Assembly: GCA_029071325.1 (NCBI GenBank)
Contig: JAIEAP010000001.1
Coordinates: 105,764-169,763 of the forward strand
DNA: 64,000 nt
Reading direction: 5' to 3'
From: Lachnospiraceae bacterium
GTDB lineage: Bacteria > Bacillota > Clostridia > Lachnospirales > Lachnospiraceae
Shown here one piece after another: positions 51,429-61,598 of this stretch; positions within the stretch are counted from its first letter, which is position 1, and each line of letters starts with the position of its first letter. The notes below the pieces were generated by a model. That model saw nothing but the letters and a program-made list of their open reading frames with translations, was not told the origin of the DNA and made no database searches. Made by a program: the position numbers and the translations under genes.

Positions 51429-52439
51429 TTACAAAATCGGGATGCCGCCGGCTGCGGCAGCGTCTACCATTTCCTGAGGCCACAGAGAAGTCTGTACTTC
51501 ACCGATATGTGCTTTGCGTAAGAAGAACATACAGATGCGGGACTGTCCGATTCCTCCTCCTATGGTATAGGGCAGCTTCTCCTCAATGATAGCCTTCTGG
51601 AAGGGCAGTTCGGCGCGTTCCGGGCATCCTGCCTTCTCGAGCTGTGAGAGCAGGGCGTCCTTGTCTACGCGGATTCCCATGGAGGACAGCTCCAATGCAA
51701 TGTCAAGCACCGGGAAATACACCAGAATATCTGCGTTCAGCGCCCAGTCATCGTAGTCTGGCGCTCTGCCGTCATGTTTTTCACCGGAGTTTAAGGTGTC
51801 GCCAATCTGCAGGAGGCATACAGCGCCCTTGCTTTTGGTGATGTAGTACTCACGTTCCTTGGGAGTGGATTCCGGAAACATATCTTCCAGTTCCTGAGTG
51901 GTGATGAAGAAAATGTCTTTGGGAAGGATTTCTTCTATATAATCGTATTGGATTGCCATATACTTCTCTGTCTTGCGCAGACAGCGGTACACGGTGCGCA
52001 CGATTTTCTGTAAGGTATCTATATTCCGTTCTTCCCGGGGGATGATCCGCTCCCAGTCCCATTGATCCACGAAAATAGAGTGTATATTGTCTGTTGTCTC
52101 ATCCCTGCGGATGGCATTCATGTCAGTGTAAAGCCCTTCGCCCACCGCGAAGCCGTATTTCTGCAATGCGAAGCGTTTCCACTTGGCAAGTGAGTGGACC
52201 ACCTCTGCGGTGCGATCCTGCTGATCCCGGATGGTGAAAGATACCGGGCGTTCCACGCCGTTTAAGTTGTCGTTCAGACCTGAGGTGGGGTCTACAAACA
52301 GCGGTGCGGTCACGCGGGTCAGATTCAGCTCCAGCGCCAGAAGATTCTGGAAGAAATCCTTTACGGTTTTGATAGCGATCTGCGTATCGTGCAGATTCAG
52401 GTGGGAATGGTAATCCTGTGGTATGATCAGGTTTTCCAT
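51429..52439 (-). CDS. asnA: Aspartate-ammonia ligase
   Basis: VHSLAKWKR, VDQWDWE, RAPDYDDW and GGGIGQSR motifs. Confidence 0.96.
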   Translation of the reverse strand: MENLIIPQDYHSHLNLHDTQIAIKTVKDFFQNLLALELNLTRVTAPLFVDPTSGLNDNLNGVERPVSFTIRDQQDRTAEVVHSLAKWKRFALQKYGFAVGEGLYTDMNAIRRDETTDNIHSIFVDQWDWERIIPREERNIDTLQKIVRTVYRCLRKTEKYMAIQYDYIEEILPKDIFFITTQELEDMFPESTPKEREYYITKSKGAVCLLQIGDTLNSGEKHDGRAPDYDDWALNADILVYFPVLDIALELSSMGIRVDKDALLSQLEKAGCPERAELPFQKAIIEEKLPYTIGGGIGQSRICMFFLRKAHIGEVQTSLWPQEMVDAAAAGGIPIL

Positions 52440-52491
52440 AATGGTTGTGTGCCTCCTTTTTATAATGGTTTATTATATCTGAATAGTTGAT

Positions 52492-53163
52492 TTATTGTGT
52501 GATGGATTGCAGGAAATCTTTCAACAGGGAATAGAGCTTGACACTATGTACGGCATAGCTGCCGTGATCCTCCCCGGGTACGATCACCAGGGTGGAATCT
52601 GGGATGTTTGCCGCGATCTTCCGGGTCACTTTCTCCCGTATGATATCCTTTTCGCCTGCCAGCACCAGGGTAGGAACGTTAATCTGTGCCAATTGTTCCA
52701 CAGAAATATGGGGTTCCTCAAGCAGCAGCCGTGTAAATTCACATGGATTGTTCTTATGCTCCTTTTTGACCCGGCGAAGGTCGCTGCCCCTTAAATCAGA
52801 AGGCTCCAGGTTGGCGCCGCTGATCATGAGGGCGGCCAGTTTACTGGGATATTGGATTGCCAGCAGCAGTCCCACAATACCGCCGTCGCTAAAACCATAG
52901 AACAGAGGGGACTTCAGGGATAAGGCGTCAATAAAAGCAGCCATGTCCGCCGCCATATCCTCATAGTGGAGTTCCTTGGGAGTGGCAGACTTTCCGTGGC
53001 CTCTGGAATCAATGGCATATACGGTGTAATCCTCTGCCAGCTTGGGAATCAGTTCATCGAAAATCTCGTGACTCTCGCCATTGCCGTGTACCAGAAGAAA
53101 GGGGGTCTCTCCCTCCCCGTGCTTCTCATAGTACAGGATCTGACTGTTCAACTGAATATACAT
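52492..53163 (-). CDS. Alpha/beta hydrolase
   Basis: VHGNGES, DSRGHG and nucleophile elbow GFSDG. Confidence 0.9.
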   Translation of the reverse strand: MYIQLNSQILYYEKHGEGETPFLLVHGNGESHEIFDELIPKLAEDYTVYAIDSRGHGKSATPKELHYEDMAADMAAFIDALSLKSPLFYGFSDGGIVGLLLAIQYPSKLAALMISGANLEPSDLRGSDLRRVKKEHKNNPCEFTRLLLEEPHISVEQLAQINVPTLVLAGEKDIIREKVTRKIAANIPDSTLVIVPGEDHGSYAVHSVKLYSLLKDFLQSITQ

Positions 53164-53295
53164 AGAGATACGCTTCCTTTATGAATGGGTGAAATTTATT
53201 GCTGGTAATTACTACTCATGCAGAGTGTAACATTTTGGAAGGAAAATTGCAATTCTTGAATTTCTGTTTTTGGCAGAGGATATATAACGAAACAA

Positions 53296-53630
53296 AGGCG
53301 CATACCTGCTACTATTATAATTTCATAGTTCTCTCCGCGGGCTTGCAGGCATACGCCATATAGCCTTGAGCCGGTGCGTATAAATCCCGCTGTCGCCAGA
53401 GTATCATAGGTTTTCTGTTTTTTTTGTTTCGACAATCCGATAGTGTATGTCCGCTTGTCACGCGACATGCGGACATACACTAAGGATTGTTCGAACGTTA
53501 AAAAAACAGAAATCATCACAGATGATACTCGGCGACTGCTGGGATTTCAGCACAAGGCTTGCAGCTATATGGTGTATGCCTGCAAGCTGCGGAGAAAAAT
53601 GAATGATTTAAATGGTAGCAGTATGAGCCT
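53296..53630. repeat. Family A palindrome, copy A3 (335 bp; centre deleted)
   Basis: Arms homologous to A1/A2; termini aggcgcatacctgctact/ggtagcagtatgagcct; folds back at gtccgcttgtc-acgc-gacatgcggac. Confidence 0.82.
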
Positions 53631-53736
53631 GGTTAGTTATATATCCTCTGCAGAAAACCGAAATTCTGTCTGCAATGTTATGGTAACGGACAAAAGAAAA
53701 GCTTATAATAAAGTGTATCAGGGAGGTAATGTTTTT

Positions 53737-53829
53737 ATGAGAATTTTTCATTTATCGGATTTACATATCGGATTGCGCCTGCTTCATCAGGATCTGCGGG
53801 AGGATCAGGAGCATATGTTCTAGCAGATT
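53737..53829 (+). pseudogene. 5' fragment of an SbcD-type nuclease gene
   Basis: GGAGG RBS; MRIFHLSDLHIG..DLREDQ; TAG at 53821 followed by QI. Confidence 0.75.
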
Positions 53830-53850
53830 GAGCCGAACAATGGAAAAACA

Positions 53851-54339
53851 TTGCCCTGCGATACAGACAGTCTGAAAAAGGAATATGAGAGCCTTGCACA
53901 ACGCAATCAGGAGATAGATGATACTTTCATCAGTTTATATGTGAATAAGGCAAAGGGAATATTTACGGAAAGGTGTTTCCTAAAGCTGAAGGACGCAATG
54001 GAAAAGGAGCAGGAAAGCAACCAGAACTATATACAGGAAATAGCGGCACTTATCAGTGAGGAGGAACATTCAGAGTGAGATGTGCAAATGTTTATGGGGG
54101 AAATTAGGCGTTATGCTGCCATTACGGAGCTTGACGAAACAGTTTTAAACCGACTGATTAACTGTATACTGATGGGTGAGCCTAAGAAAGTTGACGGGAT
54201 AAGGACACAGGAAGTAAGGATTGTGTATAATTTTGTCGAGGAACTGCAAAATAATAGAGTATTGTGCTATGTAACTGATAATAATAACCATGAGAGCAGA
54301 GATCCGAGAGAGTCCCTGCTTTTATGTGCAAAAAAATAA
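53851..54339 (+). pseudogene. C-terminal remnant of a large serine recombinase (DUF4368-type tail)
   Basis: IDDTFISLY, ITELDETVLNRLI and QEVRIVYNFV; in-frame TGA at 54076; no catalytic N-terminus. Confidence 0.72.
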
Positions 54340-54341
54340 TT
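54292..54341 (+). repeat. Direct repeat, left copy
   Basis: gagagcagagatccgagagagtccctgctttt; 31/32 identical to 58370 with a similar tail. Confidence 0.88.
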
Positions 54342-54529
54342 AGGCAATCAGCTCATTATATGGCAATGTGTGAAGAATCGTGTTATAATTCTGATGCTGA
54401 ACAATTCGGCAAATTAGGACTGTGTGAGGTAGAGAGTGACAAAAAAGAATATTTGTATTGCAACTATAATCTGACATTATAGTTAAAGAGTGATATTCGT
54501 AAATTTTATTATTAAGAGGGGAGATATTG

Positions 54530-55630
54530 ATGAAATTAATACACTGTGCAGATTTACATTTGGATTCTAAAATGGATACTAATTTAGATAAGGAAAGTGC
54601 AAAAGAGAGAAAAGGAGAAATATTGCACACTTTCGAGCGGATGATTATGTACGCTGCTCAAAATGAGATATCAGCTATTCTAATCGCTGGTGATATGTTT
54701 GATGTAAAGAATATTTCTGCAACCACCAGAAATGTAGTTCTACATAATATTGTCGAACATCCAAAGATAACTTTCTATTATTTGAGAGGAAATCATGATA
54801 ATGACAATTTCCTTTCGGGATTGGAAGATGTTCCAGAGAATTTGAAAATGTTTGATTCCAAATGGACTTCTTATGACGAAGCTGAAGGAAGGGTTTCTAT
54901 TTCGGGAATAGAATTGTCAGACGAGAATGCAGAATCAGCTTACATATCGCTTGTATTGGATTCTAAAAAGTTTAATATAGTGATGCTCCATGGACAAGAG
55001 TCAAAAAGTGCCGTAAAAGATAGGGCAGAAATCATTAATCTGAAAGCGCTAAGAAATAAAGGGATAGATTATCTTGCATTAGGTCATATTCATATGCACA
55101 AAATGGAGAAACTTGATGCAAGAGGAACATACTGTTATGCGGGATGTCTTGAAGGAAGAGGCTTTGATGAGTGTGGGGAACATGGTTTTGTTGTGCTTGA
55201 TGTAGATGAGGATACAGGAAAGTATACGCATGAATTTGTCCAATTTGCGCAGAGAAAGCTATATACAGTCAATGTTGATGTAACAGATTGTCGGACAACT
55301 GCTGAGATGGTATCAAAAGCAACAGCGGATTTGGAGAATGCAGGATGTGACGGTGAGGGATTGGTCAAAATCGTACTGGAAGGTATGCTTGATGTTGAGT
55401 GTGAAAAAGATATTGTATATTTTCAATCTCGATTTAGACAATGCTTTTATTATGTGAAAGTATACGATGAAACTAGGCTTAAGATTGATGTCAGCGATTA
55501 CATGTTGGATGAGTCGTTGAAAGGGGAGTATGTGCGCCAAGTAATGGAAGATGAGTCCATTTCTGAAGAAGATAAAAAGATAATAATCCGGTATGGTTTG
55601 CAGGCAATTGCTGGAGAGGAGGTGCAGTAG
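54530..55630 (+). CDS. Mre11/SbcD-family metallophosphoesterase (YhaO-like)
   Basis: HCADLHLD, AGDMFD, GNHD, MLHG, LALGHIH, YAGCLEGRGFDE; AT-rich. Confidence 0.9.
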   Translation: MKLIHCADLHLDSKMDTNLDKESAKERKGEILHTFERMIMYAAQNEISAILIAGDMFDVKNISATTRNVVLHNIVEHPKITFYYLRGNHDNDNFLSGLEDVPENLKMFDSKWTSYDEAEGRVSISGIELSDENAESAYISLVLDSKKFNIVMLHGQESKSAVKDRAEIINLKALRNKGIDYLALGHIHMHKMEKLDARGTYCYAGCLEGRGFDECGEHGFVVLDVDEDTGKYTHEFVQFAQRKLYTVNVDVTDCRTTAEMVSKATADLENAGCDGEGLVKIVLEGMLDVECEKDIVYFQSRFRQCFYYVKVYDETRLKIDVSDYMLDESLKGEYVRQVMEDESISEEDKKIIIRYGLQAIAGEEVQ

Positions 55631-55632
55631 TT

Positions 55633-58251
55633 TTGAAAATTTTATCTTGTCATATAGAAAATTTCGGGAAAATTCATGATTATTCTATGAATTTTTGTGA
55701 TGGAGCAAATATTATTTGTGAAGAGAATGGTTGGGGAAAAAGCACCTTTGTAGCTTTTATCCGGGCTATGTTTTATGGACTTGAAGGAGATCGGAAAAAA
55801 AGTATTGAACAAAATGAGCGTAAGAGATATAAGCCATGGCAGGGCGGGGTTTTTGGTGGACAACTTGTGTTTGAAATTCAAGGAAAAAAGTATTTGATTT
55901 CAAGAGTATTTAAAGATAAAGAAACAAATGACGAATTTGAACTTCGAGATGTCACCACGAATCTTCCTGCTAAAGAATATACCAGTAGAATCGGGGAAGA
56001 AATCTTTAAGATAAACAGAGAGTCTTTTGTAAGGACAGTTTTTATCGAACAAAACCGATGTGAAACTTCACCGACAGATGACATTAACGCAAAGATTGGG
56101 CAGCTTGCGGATAATTCAAATGATTTGAATAATTTTGAAGCAGCAACCGCAAAACTCACAGAAATTGCAAATAAATTGAATCCAAATCGTTCTACTGGCT
56201 CTATATCGAAAAGGAGCGACGAAATTGCCAAGTATGAAAGAAGTGTAAAAGGCGGAGAAGGAATCTCTGACAGTATTAAGCTGTATCAAAAGAAGCTTCA
56301 TGACGAGGAAGTTACTCAAGAGAGACTTAAGGAGCAGATGAAAAAAGTTGGAGAAATACAGAAGAAAGTTTCTGAACAGCAATCTATAATGGCAAAGAAG
56401 TCTGAATGGGATAGACTTAAAAGAACCGTTGATAGGAGAATGAAAGAGAAAGAAACTTACGAGCAGAAATTCCCTGGAAATATTCCGGTTTTGGAGGATG
56501 TGAAAAAGAAGATATTAGAATGTAATGATATGGATAGAACTTATGATAGAGTGGCAATGTATCATATTACGCAAATGGAAAAGGACGAGCTTGCTTCACT
56601 AGCGAATACGTTTGCTCAGGGGACACCCTCAGATGAAGATTTTGATGAGAAGTTTAGTGAGGCTAAAACGTTTAGAGATTTAAGTCAAGAGCATACTTCT
56701 GAACAAATAAGCTCTACTGAAAAGGAAAGACTTGATGAACTGGAACCGTATTTTGTAAATGAATTGGAAAGTGTAACTTTTGTTGTTGGAAAATGGAATA
56801 ATAGAAATACAAGGAAAGCCGCTTTGCCATCGAAGCAGGCCGCGCTTATGGCATTAAAGGCATCTATGGAAAACCAAAGACCACGGCAATCAAAAAAGAT
56901 ATCCCTTCTTTTGATTATTGGGATAGTTCTTGTCATGGCAGGGTTGTTTGTTGCTATTACAGCATCTCCTGTAGTAGGTATAATAATAGTGATTGCGGGA
57001 GCCGGAGTTGCTGTTGCGGGCATATTGGGCAACAAGAAAGTGGCGTCGGCACAGACAGGTGTTTCTCCAGAGCTTGAAAATTTGAGACGAACCATTGAAG
57101 AAGATGAAGATTTTGTTACCAAAATAGATGAAGAGGTAGCTGTCTATCTTATGGCACATGGTAAAAGCTTTAATGAGGATACCGTGTCTGTTGTTTTACA
57201 GGAGATTATTGCAGAATCTGTTGAGTATTCTTCCTTAAAGAAAAAAAGTCAAAAATCTTTGAACAGTACAAAGGCAATGGATTTAGAGAATTTGCGGCAA
57301 TCTCTCGGAACTTTTCTTGGCAAATATGGAATCGCATCCGCTGATTCAAAATTTGTTGATGATTTATATATACTTAAAAGTAGAGCAGCCAGGTACAAGG
57401 AATTAAGAAATAAACAGGAAAATTTAGAAAAGGCCGAAAAGGAATATGAAGCACTTAGAAAAGAGATCATTTCATTTTTGAATGAATATAGTTACGTAGC
57501 ATCCGATAATGTTTCTTTACAACTCAGTGATATCCGGGATTCTGTAGTTGATTATCAAGATTGTATGAAAACCTTAGAAGATGCGAGGAAAGAACTTGAA
57601 CAATTTGAAACAGAAAATACGATTTCTGCATTAAATGAAATCCAAATAGATGAATCTCTTCCAACGCTTGAAAATCTGAATCAGATAATTCAGCAACTCA
57701 CAGAAGATAGAGAAAATGTTCATAATAATATAACCAGTTATAATAAGACGCTTGAAAATTTTCAGGAAGAGTATGATGAGTGGGAACAAAACTGTGCAAA
57801 GTTGAAAGAACTAAAATCCTTACAATTCATGGAGAAGAAAAAGTATGAATATGTCAGTATGGCAAAGAAAAAATTAGAATTGGCAAAAGAAGTTATGACA
57901 GCAAAATATGCCGATCCAATATTTCAGGGCTTTAGCCAATACTATGAGATGATTTCCGGTAATGAAGCGGTTCACTTTCATATTGATGCAAATACAACAG
58001 TTACTGTAGATGAATTGGGCAAACAGCGAGATACAAATACCCTCAGTTCTGGGTATAGAGATCTTATTGGAATTTGTCTCAGGGTAGCGCTTGTTGATGC
58101 TATGTATCAGGAGGAAGAACCGCCTCTCATAATGGATGATCCATTTGCTAACTTTGATGACAAAAAAGTTAATGCGGGTATGGATTTTGTAGAAAAGCTT
58201 GCGGAAAAGTATCAGATTATCTATTTTACCTGTAGCGCTTCAAGAGGATAA
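55633..58251 (+). CDS. SMC/Rad50-like ATPase with central TM hairpin (YhaN/SbcE-like)
   Basis: Walker A NGWGKST; coiled coils; TM segment; LSSG signature; IMDDPF Walker B. Confidence 0.88.
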   Translation: MKILSCHIENFGKIHDYSMNFCDGANIICEENGWGKSTFVAFIRAMFYGLEGDRKKSIEQNERKRYKPWQGGVFGGQLVFEIQGKKYLISRVFKDKETNDEFELRDVTTNLPAKEYTSRIGEEIFKINRESFVRTVFIEQNRCETSPTDDINAKIGQLADNSNDLNNFEAATAKLTEIANKLNPNRSTGSISKRSDEIAKYERSVKGGEGISDSIKLYQKKLHDEEVTQERLKEQMKKVGEIQKKVSEQQSIMAKKSEWDRLKRTVDRRMKEKETYEQKFPGNIPVLEDVKKKILECNDMDRTYDRVAMYHITQMEKDELASLANTFAQGTPSDEDFDEKFSEAKTFRDLSQEHTSEQISSTEKERLDELEPYFVNELESVTFVVGKWNNRNTRKAALPSKQAALMALKASMENQRPRQSKKISLLLIIGIVLVMAGLFVAITASPVVGIIIVIAGAGVAVAGILGNKKVASAQTGVSPELENLRRTIEEDEDFVTKIDEEVAVYLMAHGKSFNEDTVSVVLQEIIAESVEYSSLKKKSQKSLNSTKAMDLENLRQSLGTFLGKYGIASADSKFVDDLYILKSRAARYKELRNKQENLEKAEKEYEALRKEIISFLNEYSYVASDNVSLQLSDIRDSVVDYQDCMKTLEDARKELEQFETENTISALNEIQIDESLPTLENLNQIIQQLTEDRENVHNNITSYNKTLENFQEEYDEWEQNCAKLKELKSLQFMEKKKYEYVSMAKKKLELAKEVMTAKYADPIFQGFSQYYEMISGNEAVHFHIDANTTVTVDELGKQRDTNTLSSGYRDLIGICLRVALVDAMYQEEEPPLIMDDPFANFDDKKVNAGMDFVEKLAEKYQIIYFTCSASRG

Positions 58252-58369
58252 ACACTTTCTGTCATAAAACAGATGTCAAGATAAACATTGGGAATATTTT
58301 TTGAAGAAGGAGTTGGCATATTAAGCATACAAAATAGAGATACTATTGTATAATCCCAAAAGTATCTAA

Positions 58370-58419
58370 GAGAGCAGAGATTCGAGAGAGTCCCTGCTTT
58401 TTTTGCGCAAAAATAATTT
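58370..58419 (+). repeat. Direct repeat, right copy
   Basis: gagagcagagattcgagagagtccctgctttt. Confidence 0.88.
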
Positions 58420-58520
58420 CACCGCTTGACAATATTGCATAGAAGCCATGCAAGATGGAATATTTTCGCTTGATTTGGGGGAAGGTAGTGCTATAATGGG
58501 CTAGGTATGGAGGTGGAACA

Positions 58521-58877
58521 ATGCGGTACTTGAAACAATTTGGCATAATCCTGTTCATTTCCTGTATGGGCGAGCTGATGCACTGGCTGATTCCGCTGCC
58601 CGTCCCTGCAAGTATATACGGAATCGTGTTCCTGTTATTGGCTTTGATTACGGGAATACTGAAATTAAGCGATGTAAAAGAGGTATCGGTATTTCTGATT
58701 GAAATTTTGCCGGTTATATTTATCCCGGCAGCAGTGGGGCTTATGACCTCATGGAAGGCGATCCGTCCGCGGCTGATCCTCTATATTGTCATCACAGTAG
58801 TTTCTCTGGTGGCGGTCATGGCGGTTTCGGGAAGGATTACCCAGGCGGTCATAAGGAAAGGAAGGAAGAAGAAATGA
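58521..58877 (+). CDS. lrgA: CidA/LrgA family membrane protein
   Basis: PLPVPASIYG and FIPAAVG motifs. Confidence 0.88.
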   Translation: MRYLKQFGIILFISCMGELMHWLIPLPVPASIYGIVFLLLALITGILKLSDVKEVSVFLIEILPVIFIPAAVGLMTSWKAIRPRLILYIVITVVSLVAVMAVSGRITQAVIRKGRKKK

Positions 58878-59566
58878 GCGATTTTATCAGGGATTCAGCA
58901 TATTGCGGCATGGTGTTAAGTCTGATCGCCTATGGAATTGGATGGTTGATCAACCGCAAAACAGGTAAAGCGTTCTGCAATCCCCTGTTGATCGCTATTA
59001 TTCTGACCATAGCAGTGCTGGCAGTGGGGCACATTGATTATGATATCTATTATTCCAGTGCCCAATATCTGGGCTGGCTGCTCACCCCGGCAACGGTGTG
59101 TCTTGCAGTTCCGTTATATGAGAAGCTGGAACTGTTAAAATCAGATTGGAAGGCGATCTTTTCGGGTATTCTGTCAGGAGTGCTGACAAGCCTTGTGTGT
59201 GTGCTTGCCATGTCTATAGCATTTGGACTTACTCATGAAGAATATGTGACATTTCTGCCTAAATCCATTACGACAGCCATCGGCATTGGTATTTCGGAGG
59301 AGATGGGGGGATATGTCAATCTGACGGCAGCGGTGATCATTATTACCGGGGTTCTGGGAAATGTTATGGCGCCGTTATTGTGCAGGCTGTTTCGGATCAC
59401 GGAGCCTGTGGCAAAGGGAATTGCCATAGGAACCTCAGCCCATGCCGTGGGGACGGCAAAGGCAATGGAGATGGGGGAAGTGGAAGGCGCTATGAGCAGC
59501 CTGTCCATAGCGGTTGCAGGAATTGTGACCGTTGTCGGCGTATCGGTTTTTGCACAGTTTTATTAG
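58874..59566 (+). CDS. lrgB: LrgB/CidB family membrane protein
   Basis: NPLLIA, ATVCLAVPLY, PKSITT and AHAVGT motifs. Confidence 0.9.
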   Translation: MSDFIRDSAYCGMVLSLIAYGIGWLINRKTGKAFCNPLLIAIILTIAVLAVGHIDYDIYYSSAQYLGWLLTPATVCLAVPLYEKLELLKSDWKAIFSGILSGVLTSLVCVLAMSIAFGLTHEEYVTFLPKSITTAIGIGISEEMGGYVNLTAAVIIITGVLGNVMAPLLCRLFRITEPVAKGIAIGTSAHAVGTAKAMEMGEVEGAMSSLSIAVAGIVTVVGVSVFAQFY

Positions 59567-59768
59567 AGGGCTTCCGGGCATGATACCGGAGGTCTTTTTT
59601 ATGCGAAGGAGGGGTAACGCTGCCAGTGATATGAAAAAATAGCAATACAGAATATAAAATATGTGCAATTTAACATATTTTATGTAGTTGTCTGTGTTGA
59701 TTTTGGTCATTTTTTTCGATATAATATGTATGAATAAATATAATATAGTGGATTGCATATGAGGATGT

Positions 59769-61448
59769 ATGAGGATACAAATAGATTTCAAGAAAAATTA
59801 TAAAATTTATCTGTATTTTGGGATTATATTTATCGTATTTATGTTTACACGGCTGTACTGTATCACATCAATACCCAATGGGATGCATATAGATGAGGTT
59901 TCCATGGGGTATAATGTATGGTCCTTATCAGAATTTGGGACAGATCGCTATAATGTCAGCTATCCGGTATATTTTAGCAATGCCGGGAGCGGGCAGAGCA
60001 GCCTGTATGTCTATACCGCTGTTCTTCTGGCTAAATTGTTCGGTTACAGCCTGCTCACGTTACGTCTGCCTGCCGTATTGTTCGGCATACTATTACTTGT
60101 ATTCGGAACAAAGACAGCATATGAGATTTCCGGTATGCGCTGTGCCGCGTTCACAGCATTTTTCATTACTACACTGCCCTTTTTCATTATGTCAGAGCGC
60201 TGGGCATTTGACTGTAATGCAATGCTTCCGATGTTTGTAATGGCATTCTATTTTTTCATTAAGCTATTGAAAACCAACAAGACGAAGTACGCGTTTTTTG
60301 CGGGTATCGGTTTTGCGCTGACCTTGTATTCTTATATTCTGGCGTTTATTGTAGTCCCCGTTTTTCTGTGTATTGCGGTGATATATTGTCTGGCGTTTCA
60401 TAAGCTGTCTTACAAGAATCTGGGGATTGCTGCCATCAGCGGACTGATCTGTGCACTGCCGATACTGTTATATATTCTTGTCATTATTGGTATTCTGCCG
60501 GAATTTCAGATAGGCCCGGTCAGTGTGACGGCAGCCAGTGCCGAAAGAATGTCTGAACTGGCGTGGGCGGGACAGTCGATATCCGATATCTGGCAGAACC
60601 TAAAACTTCTGACCACCTATGACAATTACAGCTTTACGGCAAACGATAAATACGGTGTGGGATACATGAATGGGATTTATATTTTGGGCTTTAAACTGTA
60701 TGTGTTTCCCATTTTGCTGCTTGCGGCATTTGCCGTTCTGACAGTTGTCCATATATATCGGATCATCAAGCATAAAGCATTTTGTTATGAATTGTTGATG
60801 GTGTGTTATATCATATCCGGTCTGGCGCCGATGCTGTTTCTGGAGCAGTTTGCCATTTACAGATATAATGCCGTGTTTTTTGGTCTTGTTTATGCGTTGG
60901 CATATCTCTTTGATCTGCTGTGGCAGCATAAAGTCCGGGTGGTGTGCTATCTGTTTTTTGCATTATCCGTCTATAATTTCGGCAGTTATACCGTATATGT
61001 GTTCAGTGGAGCTTTTTCTGCGGATTATCAGGCGTTAGCATACTTTGACCAGGATCTGATGGATATCTGCGAGAAGACGGATTTTGGTGCATACGATGCG
61101 GTGTATATTGACGATACAGCCACATACAATACAGGGCTGATCGTTTCTTATGCGATGCGTATCACGCCGGAGGATGCGGCGGATGAGATTCAAAATATAG
61201 ATACCCGGAATATGATCGTTCGGAATGTCCATATGGGTATCCCAGATGAGATCGATCCGGATGAAAATGCATTGTATCTGATCCGGGATATCAATGCGGA
61301 CACTTCATTTTATACAACCACTTATGAGCAGACACGCTTGTGGGAGAGTCTGGTCCATAACAATGAGATCAGGGAGATGCTGATGGAGGCAGGATCTGAT
61401 TATGTAATAGATAACAATTATTATCTGATAGAAAGCACACCAAGATAA
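59769..61448 (+). CDS. GT-C fold membrane glycosyltransferase (ArnT/PMT-like)
   Basis: HIDE motif after TM1; GQSSLY; RLPAVLFG; many TM helices. Confidence 0.78.
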   Translation: MRIQIDFKKNYKIYLYFGIIFIVFMFTRLYCITSIPNGMHIDEVSMGYNVWSLSEFGTDRYNVSYPVYFSNAGSGQSSLYVYTAVLLAKLFGYSLLTLRLPAVLFGILLLVFGTKTAYEISGMRCAAFTAFFITTLPFFIMSERWAFDCNAMLPMFVMAFYFFIKLLKTNKTKYAFFAGIGFALTLYSYILAFIVVPVFLCIAVIYCLAFHKLSYKNLGIAAISGLICALPILLYILVIIGILPEFQIGPVSVTAASAERMSELAWAGQSISDIWQNLKLLTTYDNYSFTANDKYGVGYMNGIYILGFKLYVFPILLLAAFAVLTVVHIYRIIKHKAFCYELLMVCYIISGLAPMLFLEQFAIYRYNAVFFGLVYALAYLFDLLWQHKVRVVCYLFFALSVYNFGSYTVYVFSGAFSADYQALAYFDQDLMDICEKTDFGAYDAVYIDDTATYNTGLIVSYAMRITPEDAADEIQNIDTRNMIVRNVHMGIPDEIDPDENALYLIRDINADTSFYTTTYEQTRLWESLVHNNEIREMLMEAGSDYVIDNNYYLIESTPR

Positions 61449-61539
61449 AGAAATATATTGGATGAAGTATAATGCTTACAGTAGCTGGTCATCGAATATG
61501 ATATCTTTCAGTCAGACAGTAAGAGCATTATGAAAAAAC

Positions 61540-61582
61540 ACCATCTGTCACGGGGGCGTATTCACCCTCCGTGTCAGATGGT
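61540..61582. terminator. Hairpin between convergent genes
   Basis: accatctgtcacggggg/ccctccgtgtcagatggt. Confidence 0.65.
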
Positions 61583-61598
61583 ATTTGATATCTAAGGT

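Noticed and set aside
53821-54078. Stop-codon recoding of the in-frame TAG and TGA
   Set aside because: The product would be a chimera lacking both catalytic domains; no SECIS/PYLIS context; other genes use standard stops
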